NCBI GenBank assembly: GCA_044345405.1
Contig: JBIJBE010000046.1
Coordinates: 1-26,581, forward strand
Origin: Bdellovibrionota bacterium
GTDB lineage: Bacteria > Bdellovibrionota_C > UBA2361 > OMII01
Direction of reading: 5' to 3'
Length of the DNA stretch: 26,581 nt
The notes under the pieces are model-generated. The model saw only the letters and a list, made by a program, of their open reading frames with translations, did not search any database and was not told the origin of the DNA. This document shows positions 17,183 through 24,717 of this stretch, piece by piece. How positions within the stretch are numbered: position 1 is the stretch's first letter; every line of letters begins with the position of its first letter. The position numbers were made by a program, and so were the translations under genes.

Positions 17183-18385
17183 ATGCAATGTAGAATTTGT
17201 GACAGTACGAACCTCGTACCGGCGTTGGACCTCGGGTTGCAACCGTGGGCTAACCACTTCCTCTCATCAGAAGAGGTCGGGAGTGAGCCGAAGTACCCCC
17301 TCTCGCTCGTCTACTGTAACGACTGCTCTTGCGTGCAGCTCGACTATACCGTGCCGAAAGAGGTGATGTTCGCGGACCACACCTACGTATCCGGAACCAC
17401 CAAGACCCTCGCGCAGCATTTCATGAACACCGCTAAAGAGGTGGACAGACTCTTCACCGCCGGCAAGGCTCATAAGAGTGTGCTTGATATCGGCTCTAAC
17501 GATGGAACCCAGCTCAAGCAGTACAAGGAATTAGGCTTTGAGGTGAAAGGAGTGGAATCGTGCGCGAAGATCGCCAAGCTCGCTAACGACGCTGGTGTTC
17601 CAACGGTCGCGGAGTTCTTCAACGAGGAAACAGCTGCGAAATTAGATCAAAAATTCGACGTTATTAACGCCTCAGGTGTGTTTTTTCATCTAGAGGAGCT
17701 TCACTCCGCCACTAAAGGGATCAAGCGAGCGCTCAAAGAGGATGGCGTGTTCGTGATTCAGTTCCTCTACATGAAGAGCATTGTGGAGAACCTCGCGTTC
17801 GATCAGATTTATCATGAGCACCTTCTCTACTATACCCTTAAGACCGTTGAGAAGCTCCTGGCGCGTCACGGACTGACCGGATTTGATGGGTATCTCTCAC
17901 CGATTCACGGTGGTTCGATGATCCTCTACGTCACCCATCAGGAGGCGAACCGTCCTACGAGTGAGCGCTTGAAGGCTCTTATCGCGGAGGAGGATAAGGC
18001 GCGCTCAAATGAGCTCTCAACGTATCAAAAGTTCGCCGAGCGAGTAGCGGCCATGAAGCGTGAGACCCTCGCGTTCCTTGAGGGCGCTAAGCGAGAGGGG
18101 AAGAAGATCTTCGGATTTGGGGCTCCCGTCAAAGGAAACACCTTCCTTAACTACTGCGGAATTGGGCGTGACTACCTCGATTGTCTCGTTGAGAAGAACG
18201 AGTTGCGTCGTGGCTTGTACTCGCCGGGGATGCATATCCCGCTCGTGATTGAGAAGGAGGTATCAAACCATCCGGATATCTACTTCTGTCTCGCATGGAA
18301 CTTCAAGGACGAGATCCTCAAAAATAACAAACACCTCATCGATCAGGGGGTGAGCTTCTTTTTCCCGGTTAACCCTAAGGAGTAG
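17183..18385 (+). CDS. SAM-dependent NDP-sugar C-methyltransferase
   Basis: Zn site CRIC...CNDC, SAM motif DIGSNDG, catalytic FDQIYHEH, HGGS, GAPVKG and LAWNFKDEI, i.e. TcaB9/KijD1/EryBIII-type architecture. GGAGG RBS before ATG 17183. Confidence 0.88.
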   Translation: MQCRICDSTNLVPALDLGLQPWANHFLSSEEVGSEPKYPLSLVYCNDCSCVQLDYTVPKEVMFADHTYVSGTTKTLAQHFMNTAKEVDRLFTAGKAHKSVLDIGSNDGTQLKQYKELGFEVKGVESCAKIAKLANDAGVPTVAEFFNEETAAKLDQKFDVINASGVFFHLEELHSATKGIKRALKEDGVFVIQFLYMKSIVENLAFDQIYHEHLLYYTLKTVEKLLARHGLTGFDGYLSPIHGGSMILYVTHQEANRPTSERLKALIAEEDKARSNELSTYQKFAERVAAMKRETLAFLEGAKREGKKIFGFGAPVKGNTFLNYCGIGRDYLDCLVEKNELRRGLYSPGMHIPLVIEKEVSNHPDIYFCLAWNFKDEILKNNKHLIDQGVSFFFPVNPKE

Positions 18386-18387
18386 GT

Positions 18388-19314
18388 GTGAAGATATTCA
18401 TAACTGGCGCCACAGGATTTTTGGGCACCCATCTCGTGAAACACCTTCGCGGAGCGGGGCATGATGTCACCGCGGTTGGGTCTAAGGAATGTGACTTGAC
18501 GCGACAGGGCTCTCTTCAGGCTTTTAATCACACCAAGTGGGACCATATCTACCACCTCGCCGCGTGGACGCAGGCCGGTGATTTCTGTCTTAAGCACCCC
18601 GGGGAGCAGTGGATCAAGAATCAACAGATCAACACGAATGTGCTGGAGTGGTGGCACACATCGCAACCTCAGGCGAAGATGATAGCGATTGGTACGAGCT
18701 GTTGCTATGAACCCGGAACCCCTCACGTCGAGGAGCGCTTTCTCCTGGGAATGCCAACGGAGAGCCTCTACACCTACGCGATGACGAAACGGATGTTACT
18801 CGTTGGTCTTCAGTCACTGGCGCGACAGTTCGGTCTCACATATCTCTTCGTGGTTCCCTCAACGCTGTACGGTCCGGACTATCATCTCGATGGGCGACAG
18901 ATGCACTTTATCTTCGATCTTCTTCGGAAGATCGTTGATGGTAAGTACAAGGAGACTCCAGTTGAGCTCTGGGGAGATGGTACGCAGAAGCGGGAACTTA
19001 TTCACGTCGACTCGTTTGTCTCAACTATGACCTACCTCGCGCACAACGTGGATAACGAGGTCTTCAACATCGGTGGCGGCGAGGAGCATCCGATCCGATC
19101 TTTTGCTGAGATGCTCGCTGAGTATGTAGGGTATGACGCCTCGAAGATTACCTATGACACCACGAAGTATGTGGGCGCGACTTCGAAGTTTTTGGTTGTT
19201 GATAAGGTTCGCAAGGCGGTTCCCTCCTTCAATCCGATTCCCCTCGATCAAGGCTTGCGGGAGATCGTGAACTGGTACCTCGCGGCCCAAAAGCTCGCAA
19301 GGACCGCCGCCTAA
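18388..19314 (+). CDS. GDP-L-fucose synthase-like epimerase/C4-reductase (Fcl family SDR)
   Basis: Contains TGATGFLG, HLAA, GTSCCY, YAMTK, LYGP and WGDGTQKRELIHV. GTG start after AGGAG, 2 nt after the previous stop. Confidence 0.82.
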   Translation: MKIFITGATGFLGTHLVKHLRGAGHDVTAVGSKECDLTRQGSLQAFNHTKWDHIYHLAAWTQAGDFCLKHPGEQWIKNQQINTNVLEWWHTSQPQAKMIAIGTSCCYEPGTPHVEERFLLGMPTESLYTYAMTKRMLLVGLQSLARQFGLTYLFVVPSTLYGPDYHLDGRQMHFIFDLLRKIVDGKYKETPVELWGDGTQKRELIHVDSFVSTMTYLAHNVDNEVFNIGGGEEHPIRSFAEMLAEYVGYDASKITYDTTKYVGATSKFLVVDKVRKAVPSFNPIPLDQGLREIVNWYLAAQKLARTAA

Positions 19315-19437
19315 CAGGAGCGCGTGTCCAGGTCATTGGTTTGACTGACGATATGGTCGATCTCGTGGTAGGACGGGAGCCGGTTCCCGCGTGTGGTCGT
19401 TGATTCGTGGTTGTGTGTCTGCCATGCTCCTCTTCCC

Positions 19438-20595
19438 ATGACGAGTAATTGCTCCCCTTCAAGCACTGCCCATGAGCACGTGACCGACCAACCGGTTTGT
19501 TTGAGTGCGTTGTCCTGTTCGCCTGTCGAGGCCGAAGCGTTTCGCGCGGCTCTCCCGCGTGGGAGTCATCTTAGAAACTTCGCGGTAGGTTGTCTCTCCG
19601 CCTACGCTCAATCTGGTGGGTTGGTTGGACTTGATCCAGCGGTGTTTAGCGCCGCGAACGATCTTTCTGGGAATCTCTCACGGGCTATCATTCCGGCGCT
19701 TCTTCGTGATCTCGGTGAAAGCGGGGTTGTTGTAAAGGGGATCACACCCTTTGACGCTTATGTTGGCGTTTTTCCCTCATCTTCGTTTATCCGAGCGGCA
19801 CTGCACGACTCGTCGTTCTTGGGCCACGTTTCTCCGGCTGAAATGAAATACCTCGGGCAGCTATCTTCCACGCTTTCGGATACATCGCGTCATGAGGTGG
19901 AGGCGCGATGGCTCAATCAGATCAGCTCGGCTTTCTTATGCGTCGCCTATGGAAGTGGACTTAGCGTCTCAAACCTGTCGAAGTTTCTTCCGGATTTCGA
20001 TGGTAAAGAGAAACGTATCTCGACGGTCCTCGCAGCGTTGCATGATAGTGAGGTGTTCACCCTATCAACCGCTGGAGTTCAGCCCGAGATTTTTGTTTCG
20101 GAAGCTCTATTCGAACGGCTTGAGGATGGAAATCTCGCCGAGACATTGAGGCGCCCTACACGAGAGCCTATTCCCTTTCCGTTCGTGATGCGTGAACGTC
20201 AGCGGTTGGAGGAAGCTGTCACGGCCACTGATGGTAGTGGTGACACGCAGCGCCCAGTTGGTGTGGCGCGCGATATGAAAACGGTCGGACGCCCTCGTGT
20301 AACAGCCCCCCGGGCGGAATGTAAGGTGATGCCCGTCTCCGTTGCGAGTGCTGATGCTCCCAAAGATGGCAATAGAGCGGGACGGGAGGTTCGTGACCGT
20401 ATCTTAGGTGTATTCGAGAAAGCTCCCTCTCTTAGCATGGGAGATCTCATGGCGTCCCTCACTGATCTCAACCTCACCGACGCGAACGTTCGGTATCACG
20501 TTGATTTACTCTGCGAGAAGGGCGCGCTCACGCGAACGGGGCGAGGGCGTGGGGCTCGGATATCTCGTATTCGGGGGACCGAAGGGGTGTTCTGA
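19438..20595 (+). CDS. hypothetical protein with C-terminal winged helix-turn-helix
   Basis: Long ORF whose C-terminus (RDRILGVF..LSMGDLM..LTDANVRYHVDLLCEKGALTRTGRGRGAR) fits a wHTH with wing. The N-terminal 250 aa are unrecognised and the start is uncertain. Confidence 0.6.
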   Translation: MTSNCSPSSTAHEHVTDQPVCLSALSCSPVEAEAFRAALPRGSHLRNFAVGCLSAYAQSGGLVGLDPAVFSAANDLSGNLSRAIIPALLRDLGESGVVVKGITPFDAYVGVFPSSSFIRAALHDSSFLGHVSPAEMKYLGQLSSTLSDTSRHEVEARWLNQISSAFLCVAYGSGLSVSNLSKFLPDFDGKEKRISTVLAALHDSEVFTLSTAGVQPEIFVSEALFERLEDGNLAETLRRPTREPIPFPFVMRERQRLEEAVTATDGSGDTQRPVGVARDMKTVGRPRVTAPRAECKVMPVSVASADAPKDGNRAGREVRDRILGVFEKAPSLSMGDLMASLTDLNLTDANVRYHVDLLCEKGALTRTGRGRGARISRIRGTEGVF

Positions 20596-20716
20596 TCTGT
20601 TCCTGATGGAGCGTCTCGGGGTGTTCCTGTCGCTGCTCCCCGTTTTGCAAGCGGGGGCGACCGTGAAATAATCACAATAGATTTTTATTCGTCTCCGTAG
20701 GGACTTTTTATACATC

Positions 20717-21949
20717 ATGTCATCCGTGAACACCGCCCCCTCGAACACGGCTATCTCGCTTGAGTCGCTTGCTCTGTCTCCGGTGCAGCAATTTATTCAG
20801 TCCGAGCTCACCGCTCTTCAACAAGGGGAGCTTCGGGGAGAGCGTCAGATTAAAGCGCTCTTTGACCTCTTGCCGGAGGGAACGGCGTCTCAGATCGCGC
20901 TTGCTGAGCGCTTGCAGTTAGCGCTTTTGGCGGAGGGATGCCCTTTAGCCCAACTGCCGAGTCTTGGTATCGACATAGAAAGCCAACCCGATGGATCGAA
21001 AACGATATCCTATTATGAGGTGATTCATCCGTCGACTCCGTTGACCGAGGAACAACTGAATCCGAGCTCCGAGGATTCGCCACTCTTTGCCCGGGAAGTC
21101 CCCATGGAGCTGCTCGGTACTGTACGAGACGCCCGATTAGTCACTCCGCGAGTCTCTGTGCTCAGCCAGTGGACAAATCAGCTCGGCGCCGAGCGCGTAC
21201 TCGATCTTATCGGCGATCAATCCCGTCTCACCTATCACAACGGTCTTCCGATTACGTGGGACAAGAATATCGATGGGAAGGCGTGGAGTACCAACATCGA
21301 CACGGTGTACTTCAGCGATTGGTTGCGGGAGTTTGGTGCTCTCAATGGCTCGGTGAAGGTCTCCGCTGAGGTAGGCTGTGGGGCGGGTGGGATCTCCCAG
21401 GCGGTACTGGCGAGCTGCCCGAATCTGACTAAGCATATCTACACCGATATCGATCCCAACGCGATAAACTGCGCTCGTCGCAATCTGACTCCACTCGCTG
21501 GAGACGCGGAGGTGTCGTGGCTGCTCGGGAAAGGTATTCAAGGGATCGTGGCGCCAGGAACGCTCGACCTTCTCGTTACGAATCCACCCTATATTCCTAC
21601 CCCTTCGGGTGACGGTGATAAGGATCATTACAGTGGCACCAAATTGATTAAGCGGCTTTTTGAGGACGGGATGCATCTTCTTAATCCCAACAACCCTGAT
21701 GCCGCCATCTATGTGCAAATGAGCAGTGTAACTCTGCCGGACTTCGCCCGGTACCGCGCGGAACACCCAGAGGTAGAGGTAACGAGTATCTGTACCCCCG
21801 TTCGCGTTCCACTTCGGATCTCCGGTCTGTTGCGTGAGCCCGAGGTTTTGGACTTTGTTACTCAGCAGGGTGGTCTTGAGGTGGTTGAGAACGATCCCCT
21901 TAGATACTACCACCGGATCATGGCTTTCCGGTTGAAGCCGAGAGCGTAG
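20717..21949 (+). CDS. class I SAM-dependent methyltransferase, HemK2/PrmC-like, with long N-terminal extension
   Basis: Motif I AEVGCGAGGIS, motif II YTDIDPNA, and DLLVTNPPYIPT. Confidence 0.78.
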   Translation: MSSVNTAPSNTAISLESLALSPVQQFIQSELTALQQGELRGERQIKALFDLLPEGTASQIALAERLQLALLAEGCPLAQLPSLGIDIESQPDGSKTISYYEVIHPSTPLTEEQLNPSSEDSPLFAREVPMELLGTVRDARLVTPRVSVLSQWTNQLGAERVLDLIGDQSRLTYHNGLPITWDKNIDGKAWSTNIDTVYFSDWLREFGALNGSVKVSAEVGCGAGGISQAVLASCPNLTKHIYTDIDPNAINCARRNLTPLAGDAEVSWLLGKGIQGIVAPGTLDLLVTNPPYIPTPSGDGDKDHYSGTKLIKRLFEDGMHLLNPNNPDAAIYVQMSSVTLPDFARYRAEHPEVEVTSICTPVRVPLRISGLLREPEVLDFVTQQGGLEVVENDPLRYYHRIMAFRLKPRA

Positions 21950-21954
21950 AATTG

Positions 21955-22102
21955 GAGACGGAAACGTAAACGTGACCGTTTACGTGGACGTAAAAATGAA
22001 CGACCTCAAAGCGCTCGGCCTAGGTTCCCTTCGGTGTGCCGTCCACGGTGAATCGAAGGGCGTCATCGTTCGGGTACGTTCACGTTTACGTGCACGTTCA
22101 CG
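21955..22102. repeat. inverted arrays of degenerate hexamers (TRNACG / CGTNYA) flanking a central hairpin
   Basis: Left arm GAGACG GAAACG TAAACG TGACCG TTTACG TGGACG ...... TGAACG. Right arm CGGGTA CGTTCA CGTTTA CGTGCA CGTTCA. Central stem CCCTTCGGT (22027-35) / ATCGAAGGG (22052-60). Confidence 0.75.
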
Positions 22103-22126
22103 GGGCAATATCTACGGGCCTGAGAG

Positions 22127-23089
22127 TTATACCTCAGGAAACCACCGAACCTTTGGATATCGAAATTTGGTGAGGAGCTTAATGTTGGTGACCGAGCTCC
22201 CAAACGCTTCGTAGATCTCCTGCATAATAACGCTGACATCTTCTTGCGCGGGAACCTCAACACCTATCTCGAATCCCCATACGCCGAAGCACTCGAATAG
22301 ATACACCACATCAGGGTGTTGGGAGCAGAAGGCGTGCATCTTCTTGCTCATATCGGGATCGATACCCTTGGTATAGATGAGAAGCTTATAGCTTTGCCTC
22401 TCAAATTTTGACGGGCTTACGACGTAGATATCCCCAACGATGACCTTCCTTTCTCGGAGCTTTTTGATTCGTAGTTCAAGTGTCGAGAGGGGAACTCGAA
22501 CCTTGCTCGCGAGTTGGCGGTGGGAGAGATCTCCAAAGGTTGAGAGCGCGCCGAGTACACGCATATCGAGTTCGTCGACCTCCACAGGCTCGTCGGTGTA
22601 TCGGATGTGAATCGGGTCCACCGAAAATTTTCGAGAGGAGAGGTATCGTCGTGGATAGAGCGTGGAGGAGATAGTGAGAGAGACCGCTTTCTCAAGGAAG
22701 ACATCTTTGTGTTTCCGAGAGATAGAGTGGAGGAAGTCGATCACGTGGGCGGGGCGTCTGGCGCAAAACGCGACGCCGTAGTGATACTCCCCGCCGAATT
22801 CACCAACCCACAGTACCTCTGGCGAGGAGACGAACGATTTCACAAGCGCCTGTCGCGCGGTCTTTCCCAAAGCTGCGGAGGAGAAGAATACGTTGTATAC
22901 GGAGAACCCGATCTGATGAAGGTTGATGACGGGGAGCGGTCGGATAATCTCCCGTTCCCTCAGGCGCCGGAGAGCGTGCCGAACGATATGTTCACGATAC
23001 CCTGACTCCTTACGCAGTACCTCAATCGGCGCGTGAGCTCGAAGCTCGGCGGCCGCCAGAATCGTCGCCTCTTTGTCGCTTAACTTCAT
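22127..23089 (-). CDS. tandem (double) Lrp/AsnC-family transcriptional regulator
   Basis: Two HTH+RAM units: MKLSDKEATIL..VRHALRRLREREII..INLHQIG..EFGGEYH, and VDELDMRVLGAL..SHRQLASKVRVPLSTLELRIKKL..ECFGVWG. GGGGAG RBS before ATG 23089. Confidence 0.82.
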   Translation of the reverse strand: MKLSDKEATILAAAELRAHAPIEVLRKESGYREHIVRHALRRLREREIIRPLPVINLHQIGFSVYNVFFSSAALGKTARQALVKSFVSSPEVLWVGEFGGEYHYGVAFCARRPAHVIDFLHSISRKHKDVFLEKAVSLTISSTLYPRRYLSSRKFSVDPIHIRYTDEPVEVDELDMRVLGALSTFGDLSHRQLASKVRVPLSTLELRIKKLRERKVIVGDIYVVSPSKFERQSYKLLIYTKGIDPDMSKKMHAFCSQHPDVVYLFECFGVWGFEIGVEVPAQEDVSVIMQEIYEAFGSSVTNIKLLTKFRYPKVRWFPEV

Positions 23090-23184
23090 ATCTGAAAATC
23101 TCCCCTGTTTTGGGGTTCGAAGCAACGACGATTTCAGAAAGGTTTGGGAATCCCTGGACGGGTCATCAATAATTAGGTGAGTTC

Positions 23185-24717
23185 TCATCGGTACAAACCT
23201 CGCTCCTTTGTGTAGTGGGGTACCCCGGGGGGAAGTGGAAGTTTCTCCTCGCCGCGCGCGATTCGCTGACGCAGTTCCGTTGAACTGAGTGGTTGCCCCT
23301 CGTAGGGCACCACGTTGGCTACAAGGCTCTCGACAGTTGAGGGTCCCAGCTCCCGCGTCAACTTTTCGAGGAGTTTATGATCGTTCGCGATATCACTGAC
23401 GCCAGGTCGTTCAACAGGGATAAGCTCCGCGAGGTTCGGAATGCGGAGGTAGTCCTTCCATCGAGAGAACGTGACGAGGCTGTCAGCACCCACGATGAGA
23501 AAGAGTCGACATTGCTCGGGTGAGAGCTCTTTGCGGAGGCGTTCGAGGGTTTCAATCGTATACGCGACCCCTGCGGTCCTCGACTCAAAGGTTGAGACGA
23601 ACATCCGAGGATCGTTTCGAAGGGCGTAGAAGAGCATATCGACCCTCTCAAGGGGAGACGCGTGAGGTTCGCGCTCCTTGAGGGGGTTATGTCCCGTTGG
23701 GAGGTAGATAACGGCGTCGAGGTGATGGTGCTCAGCCGCGCGTCGTCCGATCTCGATGTGCGCGTTATGGACGGGGTCGAAGCTGCCTCCAAGGATTCCC
23801 ACACGCCCGGTAAGATGCGCTACGTTCGTGAGCAGAGGCGAAGGAGGAACCTCAGCGAGTTGGTTTCGTACCTCAACGGATATCTCTGGATGGATAATTC
23901 GAAATTGCGAGAGCGCCATCGAGAGGAGTTCCCCGTGATTCGCGTACAACGAGCGGATTAGATCAGGGGTCACGGTCATCCATCTGGCGTCCAGGGCGTC
24001 TGATAATCCCGTTGGTGCGGAGTGGTGAATCGCGCTCTGGGGTGAGAGATGAAAGTGATAGGCACTCGTCTCCACCCACGCGTTGTCCGTCACTCGGGGC
24101 CCATCGCCGACGCCTTGATAGACAACGTGAGGAGATGTTTCATCCATCGTTATGCCGGTCTCCTCGGTTAATTCGCGGTACGCGGCGGCAAGTGGTGTTT
24201 CTCCATCATCAACCATGCCACCAGGGATCGCCCATGCGCCACACCCTCGCTGAATGAGAAGGATCTCGAGGAATCCGGTGGTAGGAGATACGCGTGTCAC
24301 GATGGCGTCAGCGGCGTGATTCGGTCCCCATTTTCCGAGCAACCCTCGACCCTGGATACCCGTGCGGCCAAGAGGATTGAGGGGGCGTCCCGTTTCCTGG
24401 TCATGCTCAATCGGTCCTTCAAAGCTCTTCATCTTTCCTGTCGCGCTCCACTCCAGGAACTCATCGCGGGAAACGGTGGCGGGATCCGCCCATCCGCCAG
24501 GAACTACGGTTCGGTCGTTCAAGGCGAGTTTTGGAGACTCGTAGAAGGGGGGATCGTACTGCTGATGTTCGTGTCGCCACGCACGTACGTGTGGTGGGAC
24601 GTGGGTGCGTTCCGGGTAGCCCGCCGCGGTCGTGAGCGGCTTCTCTGAGCGAGGCGGGAAGGTGAGAGCGGACTCGGTTCGATGTTCAACGGTGTGCGTG
24701 CGGTTTACTGCGAGCAT
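23185..24717 (-). CDS. nadD: fusion of NUDT9-type ADP-ribose pyrophosphatase (N-terminal) and nicotinate-nucleotide adenylyltransferase NadD (C-terminal)
   Basis: N part: WADP, NPLGRTGIQGRGLLGKWGPNHAADAIVTR, Nudix box GMVDDGETPLAAAYRELTEETG, TDNAWVET, LYANH. C part: GILGGSFDPVHNAH, NPLK, YTIETL, IVGADS..F.RW, LSSTELR. AGGAGG RBS before ATG 24717. Confidence 0.9.
   Translation of the reverse strand: MLAVNRTHTVEHRTESALTFPPRSEKPLTTAAGYPERTHVPPHVRAWRHEHQQYDPPFYESPKLALNDRTVVPGGWADPATVSRDEFLEWSATGKMKSFEGPIEHDQETGRPLNPLGRTGIQGRGLLGKWGPNHAADAIVTRVSPTTGFLEILLIQRGCGAWAIPGGMVDDGETPLAAAYRELTEETGITMDETSPHVVYQGVGDGPRVTDNAWVETSAYHFHLSPQSAIHHSAPTGLSDALDARWMTVTPDLIRSLYANHGELLSMALSQFRIIHPEISVEVRNQLAEVPPSPLLTNVAHLTGRVGILGGSFDPVHNAHIEIGRRAAEHHHLDAVIYLPTGHNPLKEREPHASPLERVDMLFYALRNDPRMFVSTFESRTAGVAYTIETLERLRKELSPEQCRLFLIVGADSLVTFSRWKDYLRIPNLAELIPVERPGVSDIANDHKLLEKLTRELGPSTVESLVANVVPYEGQPLSSTELRQRIARGEEKLPLPPGVPHYTKERGLYR

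Noticed and set aside
20663-20675. GTGA-N5-TCAC as a CRP/FNR-type site before the methyltransferase
   Set aside because: The spacer is 5 rather than 6 nt and the arms are only 4 bp, too weak to call.
21137-21913. 258-aa minus-strand ORF
   Set aside because: Antisense to the motif-bearing methyltransferase.
21955-22102. Possible CRISPR array
   Set aside because: Units are 6 nt with no spacers, and no cas genes are present.
21972-22263. Short ORFs with VYVDV / VNVHVNVNV peptides
   Set aside because: By-products of the hexamer DNA repeats; they overlap the Lrp gene.
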